A stretch of 42,447 nt of DNA, from contig LBZW01000001.1 of assembly GCA_000993955.1 (NCBI GenBank), positions 1-42,447 of the forward strand, in the 5' to 3' direction. The notes beneath the pieces were generated by a model. That model was not told the DNA's origin, did not search any database, and saw only the letters and a program-made list of their open reading frames with translations. Numbering within the stretch: the stretch's first letter is position 1; each line of letters starts with the position of its first letter. Shown one piece after another: positions 29,795 to 39,842 of this stretch. Source of the stretch: Candidatus Nomurabacteria bacterium GW2011_GWA2_40_9. GTDB lineage: Bacteria > Patescibacteriota > Minisyncoccia > Phycocordibacterales > UBA9973. Position numbers and translations under genes: made by a program.

Positions 29795-31777
29795 TTACAG
29801 CAAATTTTCTGGATCTATCAGCACTCTAAAATTAGAAGATATTTTATTTAAAGACAAAAGTTTTCTATAGAGGTCTTCCTCGATAGAAGCAGATGCAGAG
29901 AGTATAGGCAAAGACCATTTTTTAGGATCTGCTTTTATTAACATATTTACTGTATTTTTGTCTTTACTACTCTTTCTGAAACCACTGTAAAATACAGGGT
30001 TGTAATCTTTGAATATTTCACTCAAATTTTCTTTTGTCTTAGATGAATCTGTGTTGCTTTCTAAATAAGTAACTTTGATAAATCTAGAATATGGGGGATA
30101 GAGCATAGATTTTCTGTCTTCGAGTTCAGTCCTGATAAATTCTAATAGATTACTATTTTTTATGGCAAGCAGTGCCGAGTCTTTGTCGTTCTTTGTTTGG
30201 ATTATCAATTTATTTTTTGTTTTAGAAAGCATCAGGAGTATGAGTTGAATTATTTTTTCACTCATTTTAAAATTTGGGATACTCCAGAGTGAATCAAAAG
30301 AAGCAACGATACAGGTGTCTATTTGGTTTTTCATATAAAAAAGTGCTATCTCTGTGCCTATGAGTATAGTATTTTCTCCTGTCTCATATTCTGTAATTAT
30401 CTTTAGAGCACCCTTGGCTGTCTTTGCTGTGTCTTTGTCTAGTTTTAATATTTTAATGTGATCTAATTTTTCTTTTTTTAATTCTTCATACACTGTATCT
30501 ATACCTATGCCGAGTGGTACCAGATTCCAACTGTCGCATTTTACACATTTAACCTTCGTATTTTTGCTTGTGCCACATCTGTTGCAGACAAATACTCTCT
30601 TTTTTTTGTCTGGAGAGTGGTGCAGGACAACAGGAGTGGAGCATTCATCACAGCTTACTGTTTCTCCGCAATCTCTACATATAGTATAAGTAGCCAGCCC
30701 TTTTCGAAGAGAGAAAATAAAAACTTTCTCTTTTTGTTCTAGAGCACTTTTCAATTCTGCTATAGTTTCAGTCATCAACACCTTAAATTTGTTTTTTCTA
30801 CTCAATATTTCTATTTTTCCATCAAAAGAAATACGAAAAGACATGGGATGAACTTCCCCTAGTCCGTCTATCTCACGCCTAGCTATACTTTCAAAGCGTA
30901 AGAGGCTATCCGCCAAGATAAATTTTGCATTTATTTTAGAAGCAAAAATTTCAGTAAAAATTCGTAAATCAAAGTAGGGTTTGGCTATCATTTTATACCC
31001 ATTTCCGCTCTCGTGTTCTAAAATAATTGTTTCTATATCTCTTCTGTCTATAGATAGGTATGGGGCAGTACCGATAATCAAAATTGGATGCTCTTCTTTT
31101 ATGATATTTTCTATCTTTTCCATTTGTTTCTTTGCACTATACCCTCCATGGATAGAAATAGTAAATTGTTCAATACCCTTGGACAGGTACCCATACCAGT
31201 CGTCTATGTCATTTTTAGTGGGTAGTACTATAAAAACTGATTTTTTTTTAGCAAAATTACTTCTGATTAGGATTTTATAATAATCTATACGTTCTTCCAG
31301 TTTAGCTTGAAACAATAATTTTTCATTTTTTATCAGTGAGAGCTTTAGACTCTCTCTAGAGTCTAAAGCTCTCACTGAAAGTTCTTCTTTGTTTTGTTCA
31401 TTTTTTAATAGCTTGTTTTTAATTAATTCAGCAAATCTATCGTATTCTTCTTTTAAAATATTTGGGATGAGAGATGTGACCCCGTCGCTGTTGTTTTGAA
31501 CAAAATATTTACTACACAAAAACACAGATTCTAGAAATTCAGATTTAAAAATAGAGCCCTCTTTTATACTAAGTATTTTCTTTAGATTAAAATCCATGTC
31601 TTTTATATTTCTCTTTGCGTCAGTTACGTCTTCGGTAAAGACTACTAACCCCAACATGTTTTTATTGCGGAGAGATATAGTAACGATACTCCCATTTGGT
31701 ATGTCTTTTATTGAAAAATAGGTTAAATTTTCTTTCCAAAGTCCTTTTCTGAATGGGATTACCGTAACTATTTTCAT
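29795..31777 (-). CDS. priA: Primosomal protein N' (PriA)-like, helicase motifs degenerate
   Basis: N-terminal LTY..GSIV, RKGLA, four CxxC motifs, GIG..V.EEL, ILIGT, IIQT, YPPYSR. Confidence 0.85.
   Translation of the reverse strand: MKIVTVIPFRKGLWKENLTYFSIKDIPNGSIVTISLRNKNMLGLVVFTEDVTDAKRNIKDMDFNLKKILSIKEGSIFKSEFLESVFLCSKYFVQNNSDGVTSLIPNILKEEYDRFAELIKNKLLKNEQNKEELSVRALDSRESLKLSLIKNEKLLFQAKLEERIDYYKILIRSNFAKKKSVFIVLPTKNDIDDWYGYLSKGIEQFTISIHGGYSAKKQMEKIENIIKEEHPILIIGTAPYLSIDRRDIETIILEHESGNGYKMIAKPYFDLRIFTEIFASKINAKFILADSLLRFESIARREIDGLGEVHPMSFRISFDGKIEILSRKNKFKVLMTETIAELKSALEQKEKVFIFSLRKGLATYTICRDCGETVSCDECSTPVVLHHSPDKKKRVFVCNRCGTSKNTKVKCVKCDSWNLVPLGIGIDTVYEELKKEKLDHIKILKLDKDTAKTAKGALKIITEYETGENTILIGTEIALFYMKNQIDTCIVASFDSLWSIPNFKMSEKIIQLILLMLSKTKNKLIIQTKNDKDSALLAIKNSNLLEFIRTELEDRKSMLYPPYSRFIKVTYLESNTDSSKTKENLSEIFKDYNPVFYSGFRKSSKDKNTVNMLIKADPKKWSLPILSASASIEEDLYRKLLSLNKISSNFRVLIDPENLL
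31333..31378. repeat. 46-bp in-frame palindrome in priA (SVRALDSRESLKLSL)
   Basis: 21-bp arms TCAGTGAGAGCTTTAGACTCT / AGAGTCTAAAGCTCTCACTGA; same family as atpB 23174. Confidence 0.95.
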
Positions 31778-31861
31778 CTTTTAATTCTACCATATTTGTG
31801 ACCCATTCGATAAAAACTCAGGGTCATGGTGAGAAAGGCCGAACCATGGTATATTTCTTTT

Positions 31862-32875
31862 ATGAGTATATTTTCTAGAAAATTAGGGATAGATTTAGGG
31901 ACTGCAAATACCTTGGTTTTTCTACCTGGAAAGGGGATAGTCCTCAACGAGCCTTCCGTGGTTGCAGTCTCAGAACAAGACAATAAAATACTGGCTATTG
32001 GCTTCGAAGCAAAAGACATGATAGGCAAGACTCCAGAATTTATTATCACATATTGTCCGATGAAAGATGGGGTAATAGCAGATTACAGAGTGACTGAGGC
32101 AATGCTCCGCTATTTTATAAATAAAGCCCTTGGTAAATATAATATTTTCAAACCAGATGTGATGGTGTCTGTGCCAGCGGGGGTTACTTCTACAGAACGT
32201 CGGGCAGTGGTAGAGGCTGCTATTCGTGCTGGAGCAAAGAACGCTTATGTAGTCAAAGAGCCAATTCTCGCAGCTATAGGGGCTGGAATACCGATCTATG
32301 AATCAAAGGGTCACATGGTGGTGGACATCGGTGGAGGGACGACCGACGTGGCCGTGATCGCTCTAGGGGGAATCGTGGCATCTACCTCTGTAAAATGCGC
32401 AGGGACAAAGATAGACCAAGCCATAGCAGACTACATTAAAAAAACATTCAACCTCGCCATCGGTGACAAGACTGCCGAAGAAGTAAAAATAAAAATCGGC
32501 GCAGCTGTGCCACTTGAAGAAGAACTTCGGGTCACGATAAAAGGACGTGATTTTATTCAAGGGCTTCCACGTTCTGCTCAAGTCGGCACAAATGAGATAG
32601 TAAAAGCCATAGACCCTGAATTAAAGCAAATCATAAAAGCTATCAAAGATGTATTGGCCGAAACGCCACCAGAGCTTGCTTCTGACATCATAGACCATGG
32701 CATTATAATGACTGGTGGTTCTTCCTTGTTGCGTAACTTTCCAGATTTAGTTTACAGAAAAACAGGAGTAAAAGCAGTTCTTGCAGAAGACGCACTTTAC
32801 TGTGTAGCCAAGGGTACAGGTATAGCCCTCGAGCATTTGGATGTTTACAAAAAAGCAGTCATAAGTAAAAAATAA
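31862..32875 (+). CDS. mreB: Rod shape-determining protein MreB
   Basis: GIDLGTAN, NEPSVVA, DGVIAD, DIGGGTT, TPPELASD, TGGSSLL; start at ATG 31862. Confidence 0.96.
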   Translation: MSIFSRKLGIDLGTANTLVFLPGKGIVLNEPSVVAVSEQDNKILAIGFEAKDMIGKTPEFIITYCPMKDGVIADYRVTEAMLRYFINKALGKYNIFKPDVMVSVPAGVTSTERRAVVEAAIRAGAKNAYVVKEPILAAIGAGIPIYESKGHMVVDIGGGTTDVAVIALGGIVASTSVKCAGTKIDQAIADYIKKTFNLAIGDKTAEEVKIKIGAAVPLEEELRVTIKGRDFIQGLPRSAQVGTNEIVKAIDPELKQIIKAIKDVLAETPPELASDIIDHGIIMTGGSSLLRNFPDLVYRKTGVKAVLAEDALYCVAKGTGIALEHLDVYKKAVISKK

Positions 32876-32880
32876 GATTG

Positions 32881-32899
32881 TCGGGTGTCCAACACCCGA
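32881..32899. repeat. Intergenic copy of the GGTGT-CCA-ACACC hairpin
   Basis: TCGGGTGT-CCA-ACACCCGA. Confidence 0.88.
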
Positions 32900-32914
32900 T
32901 GAGCTAATAAATAT

Positions 32915-33649
32915 ATGGATATTTTAGAACATCTAGATATAGACAACCTACATCATGCATATTTGATAGAAGATAGAAGTGCTGAAGCCTTGCCCGTGAT
33001 TCTAGAATTTTTAGCAAACTCTAATATAAACATACTAAATAATCCAGACTTTTTTCATATTTCTGCTGATTCTATAAAAATAGATGATGCACGACGACTC
33101 AAAGCCATGGGAGCTGATAGGGGATTTGATGGAACTGTAGGAAGTAAAAAGATTTTTATAATTTCTACGAACAGTTTTTTATTGGAAGCACAAAATACTT
33201 TACTCAAGATGTTTGAAGAGCCTATAGAACACACACATTTCTTTTTAATTATGCCGGATACAGACAGTCTGCTTGCTACTTTCAAATCCAGATTTTATTT
33301 TATTTCTTCAAATTCAAATATAAATAATATAAATACCGAATTAAAAGAAGCAGAGAAATTTGTGTCTATGACTTTGCCACAGAGAATTGAATTTATAAAA
33401 GAATTGATAACTGAAGTAGAGGATGAAGAAGACTCTATCTCTGTAGACTCTGCTCGCACAAAAGCCCAAAAGTTTTTAAATGCTTTAGAAACAGTACTAC
33501 ACCAACAAATGTCAAAGGCGGGCTTTGACACAAAAAACAACCTGACTTTCTTTCAGCAAATTTTCCAAGTCCGCAAATATCTCCGCCAACCCGGGTCTTC
33601 TACAAAGAGTTTAATGGAGTCTGTGGTGTTATCTGTACCATATTTTTAA
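32915..33649 (+). CDS. holB: DNA polymerase III delta-prime-like subunit
   Basis: HHAYLIE, NPDF, IKIDDAR, EAQNTLLKMFEEP, TFKSR. Confidence 0.8.
   Translation: MDILEHLDIDNLHHAYLIEDRSAEALPVILEFLANSNINILNNPDFFHISADSIKIDDARRLKAMGADRGFDGTVGSKKIFIISTNSFLLEAQNTLLKMFEEPIEHTHFFLIMPDTDSLLATFKSRFYFISSNSNINNINTELKEAEKFVSMTLPQRIEFIKELITEVEDEEDSISVDSARTKAQKFLNALETVLHQQMSKAGFDTKNNLTFFQQIFQVRKYLRQPGSSTKSLMESVVLSVPYF
33510..33530. repeat. In-frame hairpin in the holB-like gene (MSKAGFDT)
   Basis: TGTCAAAG-GCGGG-CTTTGACA. Confidence 0.6.
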
Positions 33650-33683
33650 TTATTTATAACATCTGCTATAATACAATCCATAT

Positions 33684-34235
33684 ATGCAATACAATTTTTT
33701 AATTTTTAAAGGTGAGTTAAAGAAGATAGAAGAGTTTTTGAGTAAGGAATACACACAGCTCAATATCGGCAGGGCGTCGCCGATGGTGCTCGACGGTATT
33801 GTAGTTGAATCTTATGGCTCATTTGGTCCTATTAAAAATGTGGCTTCTATTTCAGTTGAAGATCCAAAGACCCTACGGATAGCTCCTTGGGACAAGGGTC
33901 ATATAAAAGACATTGAAAAAGCTATCATGGCTTCAAACCTCGGCCTCTCTACGGCGGTAGATGATTCTGGAATACGAGTTATCTTTCCTCAGCTGACCAC
34001 AGAGTCTAGACAAAGACTCGTAAAACTTCTCAAAGAAAAACTTGAAGAGTCCAGAATAACAGTCCGTCAGGAACGAGAACGCATATGGGATGAAGTTCAA
34101 GCACTCGAGAAAGAAAGTAAAATGACCGAAGATGAAAAATTCCGTGCAAAAGAAGAATTGCAGAAAGTGATAGATGAAGCAAATGTAAACTTAGAGGCGA
34201 TATTTGAAAAGAAAGAGCGTGAAGTTATGAATTAA
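33684..34235 (+). CDS. frr: Ribosome recycling factor
   Basis: GRASP, IAPWDK...IEKAI, IFPQLTTESR, KMTEDE. Confidence 0.95.
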   Translation: MQYNFLIFKGELKKIEEFLSKEYTQLNIGRASPMVLDGIVVESYGSFGPIKNVASISVEDPKTLRIAPWDKGHIKDIEKAIMASNLGLSTAVDDSGIRVIFPQLTTESRQRLVKLLKEKLEESRITVRQERERIWDEVQALEKESKMTEDEKFRAKEELQKVIDEANVNLEAIFEKKEREVMN

Positions 34236-34239
34236 CAAT

Positions 34240-35391
34240 ATGAACATACTTATTTTTGTAATAATTTTATTTGTTTTGGTTGTAGGTCATGAGATGGGGC
34301 ATTTTTCTGCTGCAAAGTTTTTCGGTATACGAGTAGATGAGTTTGGCTTTGGTTGGCCACCAAAGATTTTTGGTATAAAAAAAGGGGAAACAGAATATTC
34401 GTTCAATCTCTTGCCGATAGGCGGATTTGTAAAGATTTTTGGAGAAGACCCAAACGATGAAAACACCCGCGGTCCAGATGCATCACGAAGTTTTGTCAAT
34501 AAACCTAAAAGTAAGCAAGCTGTAGTATTGCTGGCTGGAGTTATCGCAAACTTTCTACTTGCGTGGTTACTGTTTTCTTTCGGTCTTATGTCTGGACTTC
34601 CTATGTCAGCTGGTAGTCAGCCGGCAAATTTTGATTTGCAAAATATAAATTTGACCATAGTGCAAGTAGCAAAAGGTTCTTCTGCAGAAGAAGCAGGACT
34701 AAGAGTTCAAGATAAATTGATTTTTGCAAAAAGTGGATATGATAGTATTTCAGATTTCCCTCCGGAAGTTTTTCAAGATTTCGTATTAAATCATCAAAAC
34801 CAAGAAATAGAAATTGGATATTTACGTGGCAAATCTGAGTTTGAAAAAGGATTGACTATATCTCAAATATTAAATGAACAAAATGATAAAGTGATTTATG
34901 TGACAGTAATACCTTCTATTTATAATCAAACAGATGACAGGCCTTCTATCGGTATCGCAATGGACACGATAGGTTTTATTAAATTGTCTTTCTTTTCTGC
35001 ACTCGTTGAAGGTATGAAAATTGATTGGAATGTTACCAAAGGTACTGTGATAGGGCTTTATACATTGATTGCTGATGGAATAAAAGGTGAAGGGAGCCTC
35101 TCCTCTGTTTCTGGACCAGTCGGAATGGTTGGAATTGTGGGAGATGCTCATAAGTTCGGCTTTGCGTACTTGCTGTCTTTCGCAGCGATTATTTCAGTCA
35201 ATCTCGCTATCATAAACTTGATTCCTTTCCCTGCACTTGACGGTGGACGACTATTATTTCTATTTATTGAAAAAATAAAAGGTTCTCGTATAAATCCAAA
35301 GATAGCAAACACCGCAAATATGATAGGGTTTGTGATTTTAATTTTATTGATGCTCCTCGTAACATATCACGATATCGTAAATTTAATCTAA
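34240..35391 (+). CDS. rseP: Site-2 (M50) intramembrane metalloprotease RseP
   Basis: HEMGH, LPIGGFVKI, PDZ-like region, GPVG, NLIPFPALDGG. Confidence 0.92.
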   Translation: MNILIFVIILFVLVVGHEMGHFSAAKFFGIRVDEFGFGWPPKIFGIKKGETEYSFNLLPIGGFVKIFGEDPNDENTRGPDASRSFVNKPKSKQAVVLLAGVIANFLLAWLLFSFGLMSGLPMSAGSQPANFDLQNINLTIVQVAKGSSAEEAGLRVQDKLIFAKSGYDSISDFPPEVFQDFVLNHQNQEIEIGYLRGKSEFEKGLTISQILNEQNDKVIYVTVIPSIYNQTDDRPSIGIAMDTIGFIKLSFFSALVEGMKIDWNVTKGTVIGLYTLIADGIKGEGSLSSVSGPVGMVGIVGDAHKFGFAYLLSFAAIISVNLAIINLIPFPALDGGRLLFLFIEKIKGSRINPKIANTANMIGFVILILLMLLVTYHDIVNLI

Positions 35392-35417
35392 CAAAATATA
35401 AGTTAAAGATAAATTAG

Positions 35418-36803
35418 CTAAAGTATTTCACTATCTTTTACCTCATAACCTAGGTCGTTTATTTCTTTTCTTAACGCATCTGATTTTTGAAAGTTTTTAT
35501 TTTTGCGTGCGTTTTCTCGTTCTGTTACGAGTAGTTGTATTGCGTTTGGTATAGGCTCGTTTTCCCAGCCCGAGACTGGTCCGCCTTGGGCGGAAAAGTT
35601 GAGGCCGAGCACTCTGTCAAAGTCTAATATAGTAGCTTTTTTATTAGCATTTAAAATATTTTCATCTTTTATTAAATCCCAAAGAAGAGAAAGTGCTCGA
35701 GATGTATCTAAATCATTTTCTATGCGTTCTTTGAATTTTTGTTTATAATTCTCGTCTGTTTTGCCCATCTCTTCTCCTAGTTGATTATAAAGTCTATACA
35801 AGCGTTTCAAGGCTATTTCAGAAGCTTCCAGAGCCTCAAAGCTAAAGTTCATTTTTGTATGGTAGCTCGCCATCAGGAGCCAAAATCTGTAAGTAATAGG
35901 GGATATACCTTTTTCTATCAGTGTGTCTAGTCTCAAAAAATTACCCTCTGACTTTGCCATTTTGTTTCCACCTGTGTCTATGAATTCGTGATGCATCCAA
36001 AAACGCACAAAAGGTTTTTTGCCTGTAGCAGATTCTGATTGAGCTATCTCGTTTGTGTGGTGTATGGGTATGTGGTCTATGCCTCCTGTATGTATGTCAA
36101 ACTGTTCGCCTAGGAATTTTATTCCCATAGCAGAACACTCGATATGCCAGCCCGGGAACCCCTTGCCAAAAGGAGACTCATAGCCAAGTTTTGAATCTAG
36201 TTTCCACAAAGCAAAATCTATAGGTCTTTTTTTCTCACCAGTTTGTGTTATTCGAGCACCTTCTATGTCCCACTCTAATATTTCTTTTCCAATAAGCTTT
36301 CCATAATCCGCACATTTTTCTGTATCAAAATAAATTCCATCACTTGTTTTGTATGTGTAGCCTTTTTCTTCTAGTCTCTGTATTAGTGCTATGTCTTCTG
36401 CTACATAATCACTCGCAAAGTATTGCCCATCGGGCATCTCTATGTTTAACCGTTCTAAATCATGGTTGAATTTTTCTGTATAAAATTCTGCCATCTCACG
36501 CATGTTTTGGAGAGTCAGTTCTTTGCCTTCACGCAGGAGGCCTTTTGTCATCTTGTCATCTCCTGCGTCTGCATCAGATACCAGGTGGCCTATGTCTGTG
36601 ATATTCATGACTTGTTTTACTTCGTATCCAGAGTATTTGATAGTTCGTCTCAAAATATCTGCAAATACATAAGAGCGTAGATTACCTATGTGTGCAAAAT
36701 AATAAACCGTCGGACCGCAGGTATACATTCGCACTTCGTTTGCATCTATTGGTACAAATTCTTCTTTTTCTTTGGTTAATGTATTAAAAAATTTTAAAGG
36801 CAT
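35418..36803 (-). CDS. cysS: Cysteine--tRNA ligase
   Basis: YTCGPTVY, HIGN, PGWHIECS, DIHTGGID, KMAKS. Confidence 0.97.
   Translation of the reverse strand: MPLKFFNTLTKEKEEFVPIDANEVRMYTCGPTVYYFAHIGNLRSYVFADILRRTIKYSGYEVKQVMNITDIGHLVSDADAGDDKMTKGLLREGKELTLQNMREMAEFYTEKFNHDLERLNIEMPDGQYFASDYVAEDIALIQRLEEKGYTYKTSDGIYFDTEKCADYGKLIGKEILEWDIEGARITQTGEKKRPIDFALWKLDSKLGYESPFGKGFPGWHIECSAMGIKFLGEQFDIHTGGIDHIPIHHTNEIAQSESATGKKPFVRFWMHHEFIDTGGNKMAKSEGNFLRLDTLIEKGISPITYRFWLLMASYHTKMNFSFEALEASEIALKRLYRLYNQLGEEMGKTDENYKQKFKERIENDLDTSRALSLLWDLIKDENILNANKKATILDFDRVLGLNFSAQGGPVSGWENEPIPNAIQLLVTERENARKNKNFQKSDALRKEINDLGYEVKDSEIL
35561..35597 (-). repeat. In-frame tandem hairpin in cysS (FSAQGGPVSGWE)
   Basis: Minus strand CCGCC-CAA-GGCGG-A-CCAGTC-TCG-GGCTGG in the linker before the C-terminal domain. 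Confidence 0.8.
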
Positions 36804-36814
36804 AGATTATTGTT

Positions 36815-36870
36815 CCACATGTCGGACATAGGGTCGGTCATTTTTTTTAGTCCCTATGTCCGACATGTGG
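36815..36870. repeat. Intergenic REP-like doublet
   Basis: 19-bp perfect arms CCACATGTCGGACATAGGG / CCCTATGTCCGACATGTGG with an 18-nt spacer. Confidence 0.9.
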
Positions 36871-36876
36871 TCTTAT

Positions 36877-37890
36877 TTAATTTGCTTGAAATTCATGCTT
36901 GTAAATAGACACAAGTGTATAGAGTAAGCTGATAGCGAGTGGCCCCATCAGCACGCCGATAGGCCCCATGAGAGATATACCCCCGAGGACTGAGAATAAT
37001 ATGAGGAGCGGTGGAATATTTGTTTTCCCAGAGATTACCATAGGGCTCAAGAAATTGTCCACCGTCCCTACCACCACCACAGCCCAGATGAGCATGCCAA
37101 CAGCTGCCCCCGTACTGCCTGTAACAAATAGGAATATTATAGCCGGCACAGAAACAAAAGCAGTGCCAACCATAGGTATGAGGGAACACACCGCTGCCAC
37201 CACTCCCCAGAGTGCTGCATTTTGTACACCAAATATAGACAGCCCCACACCCATGAGTAGCCCTTGGACTACAGCTATGAGCAAGTACCCCTTGATCACA
37301 CCGTTTACAGATAGTTCGAGTCTCTCTAAGATTTTCCTGTCATCAGTATCTACCAGAGGGCTCAACTGCACTATGTCTTTTTTCCATTTTGTACCGTCTT
37401 TCAAAAAGAAAAATATAGCCAAGAGCATAAGTACAAAAGAAAATACTGCAGTAACAGTACTTGTAAATATATTTGCTATGTTGCTGGTGATTAGTTTTAT
37501 GAAGTCGGTTACTTTTTGGTGTGCATCAAAAGAAATTCCATCTGGCAAGATGCGGTTCATGTATGTGTCTATAGAAGTTATAAAAGTATTTATATCGTTT
37601 CCCTCAACAGCTGACTGATACAAATTTTGACTTTGGTTGAATACTATGGCCGCGATGCCGAGTATTGGACCGACGAGTACTATGGTAAATAGTAATACAG
37701 TCAAAAAGCTGGAAAGTCCATTTGGCAAGCCTTTTCTCATCATCCAGTCGTGCATAGGGTGTAGAGCTATGGCAAAACATATACCTAGGACGAGAACTAT
37801 CCAAAAAGGACTAAATATAAAAAATGTTAATATAAAAGTAGCGAGCAATAATCCGAAAAAGAAATACCTCTCTATTATTTTTGTTTGCAT
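36877..37890 (-). CDS. AI-2E family transporter
   Basis: Multi-TM; FFFLKDG, IPMVGT, VDNFLSP, GPIGVLMGP. Confidence 0.9.
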   Translation of the reverse strand: MQTKIIERYFFFGLLLATFILTFFIFSPFWIVLVLGICFAIALHPMHDWMMRKGLPNGLSSFLTVLLFTIVLVGPILGIAAIVFNQSQNLYQSAVEGNDINTFITSIDTYMNRILPDGISFDAHQKVTDFIKLITSNIANIFTSTVTAVFSFVLMLLAIFFFLKDGTKWKKDIVQLSPLVDTDDRKILERLELSVNGVIKGYLLIAVVQGLLMGVGLSIFGVQNAALWGVVAAVCSLIPMVGTAFVSVPAIIFLFVTGSTGAAVGMLIWAVVVVGTVDNFLSPMVISGKTNIPPLLILFSVLGGISLMGPIGVLMGPLAISLLYTLVSIYKHEFQAN

Positions 37891-37933
37891 GATGATTATA
37901 TTATATCAGAATATTTTTATAAAAAAAGCAAAT

Positions 37934-37968
37934 TTACCCAACTCTGACGGTCGTAAAAGTTAGGTAAT
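37934..37968 (+). repeat. Solo copy 3 of the ACGGTCGTAAAAGTTAGGTAA palindrome
   Basis: TTACCCAACTCTGACGGTCGTAAAAGTTAGGTAAT. Confidence 0.9.
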
Positions 37969-38019
37969 ATTTTAAATACAAAAATTTGCATAAAAAACAG
38001 TTTTTGCTATACTTTAGTT

Positions 38020-38157
38020 TTGAAAAGTATTATTCAATTCTCTATATCAAAAGGTGAAAATGATTACATAGCTCAAGCTGTGGATTTTCCTATTTTTACT
38101 CAAGCAGAGACACTAGATCAACTTATTGAAAATATAAAGGATGCCACAAAACTGTGA
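38020..38157 (+). pseudogene. Truncated HicB-like antitoxin
   Basis: TTG start 6 nt after TATACT; (M)KSIIQFSISKGENDYIAQAVDFPIFTQAETLDQLIENIKDATKL*. Confidence 0.6.
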
Positions 38158-38424
38158 GTCTTAGTCCCAGAGACTAGAGTATCTCCTTCAGCATGTATGA
38201 GCCCTCTTGTCTTCTTACGCTTGTCTATACTAACCCTATTTGGAATCATAGTCCTTTTGACACTGATTTTATGTTTCTTTTTATGATACCGCTCGGTACA
38301 CAAATACTTACAATATTTTTGCTATGTCTTTCTGTAAATGTCCTTCATTTAACAAAGCTTCTAGCCTATCCCTTTTCTTGTCATTTAAATGACAAAATGC
38401 TTTACGATTTTTTGATTTTTTCAT
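38158..38424 (-). pseudogene. Internally deleted IS30-family transposase remnant
   Basis: MKKSKNRKAFCHLNDKKRDRLEALLNEGHLQKDIAKIL* (HTH), then in another frame IPNRVSIDKR...HAEGDTLVSG, compare IS30 SIxxRP...GHWEGDT. Confidence 0.7.
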
Positions 38425-38617
38425 GAGAGAATTAGAAGAAATCACACAGAAGATTGCCAAAAATAAAACATATTTAAAAGATACTTACGGTGTTGAAGAA
38501 ATAGGTGTTTTTGGGTCTTTCGCACGAGGCGATAATGATCTAAATAATGATGTGGATATACCAAATGCCGAGGCTTTAATTCTTAACAAACCAGTATACA
38601 AAGCAGTGCTTGTATAA
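38423..38617 (+). pseudogene. Minimal nucleotidyltransferase (MNT) fragment
   Basis: LKDTYGVEEIGVFGSFARGD...DVDI; similarity ends after the DxD motif and no HEPN partner is present. Confidence 0.7.
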
Positions 38618-38666
38618 TTTTACCTTTTAATTTTGCTAAAAATCTATTACAGGGTATAATTACATC

Positions 38667-39833
38667 ATGGCATCGTCGAAAAATAATGGAGAACTCGTTT
38701 TAGTTTTTGATATAGGATCTTCGTCTGTCGGAGGGGCGCTTTTTTACATGGGAAAGAGAGATATACCAAAGATTGTTTTTTCTATGCGTGAACCTATCCC
38801 AATAGAAGAAGAGCTTGATATTGATCGGTTTTTATTTTTAACACTTAAAGCACTGAAACTAGTCGCCGGGACTATATGTATGAAAGGCTATGGTGCACCA
38901 AAACGAATTTTTTGTATTCTATCGTCACCGTGGTATGCATCTCAAATACGGATAGTAAGGTTAGAAAAGGAAACACCCTTTACTTTCACAAATAAACTTG
39001 CCGATGAACTAATTCAAAAAGAAATAATTATCACCGAAGAAGAATATTTAGTAAAAAATGAAAGAACAGAAAATAAAGTCCGACCGATAGAACTTAAAAA
39101 TATGAAGACTATATTAAATGGTTATGCTACACCTACTCCATTGAACCAAAAAGCAAAAGTACTAGAAATGAATATCTTTGTTTCTATGAGTGGAGATAAT
39201 ATTTTGAATAAAATTGAAGAATCTATACAGCAAAATTTTCATGGACCGACCATAAAGTTTTCGTCTTTTATGATGGCGTCTTTTACAGTGGCTCGTGATG
39301 TATTTGTGAACCAAGACAATTTCTTACTTATAAATATTGGGGGAGAAGTGACAGATATAGCAATGATAAAAAAAGATGTCTTGCGAGAATCAGTTTCATA
39401 TCCAGCAGGAAGCAACTTCATCGTACGCGGAGTGGCAAATCAATTAAAATGCAATATCGATGAAGCAAAATCTTATGTTTCTATGTACAAAGAAGGGCAC
39501 ATTGAAGCCAATATTTTAAAGAAAATAGATCCAGTTATGGCAAAATTAAAAACTCAATGGCTCAAAAAATTTCAAGAATCTTTGAGTAATATAACAAATG
39601 ACATATCTATTCCTGCTACTATCTTTATCACTGTTGATCCAAGCTTAGCTGACTTTTTTTCCGACATTATTAAAACAGAAGAATTCAATCAATACTCTCT
39701 GACAGAATCAAAATTCCGAGTTTTCTTTTTGAGCACTCAAGCATTGCACGGCATTGTTGTGTTCGATACAGATACAAATCGCGATGTATTTCTGATCATC
39801 GAAGCCATTTACATTAATAACTTTCTTAGTTAG
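38667..39833 (+). CDS. Actin-fold (FtsA/PilM-like) hypothetical protein
   Basis: LVFDIGSSSVGG and LINIGGEVTDI phosphate-loop-like motifs, SYPAGSN. Confidence 0.6.
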   Translation: MASSKNNGELVLVFDIGSSSVGGALFYMGKRDIPKIVFSMREPIPIEEELDIDRFLFLTLKALKLVAGTICMKGYGAPKRIFCILSSPWYASQIRIVRLEKETPFTFTNKLADELIQKEIIITEEEYLVKNERTENKVRPIELKNMKTILNGYATPTPLNQKAKVLEMNIFVSMSGDNILNKIEESIQQNFHGPTIKFSSFMMASFTVARDVFVNQDNFLLINIGGEVTDIAMIKKDVLRESVSYPAGSNFIVRGVANQLKCNIDEAKSYVSMYKEGHIEANILKKIDPVMAKLKTQWLKKFQESLSNITNDISIPATIFITVDPSLADFFSDIIKTEEFNQYSLTESKFRVFFLSTQALHGIVVFDTDTNRDVFLIIEAIYINNFLS

Positions 39834-39842
39834 TATATAATT

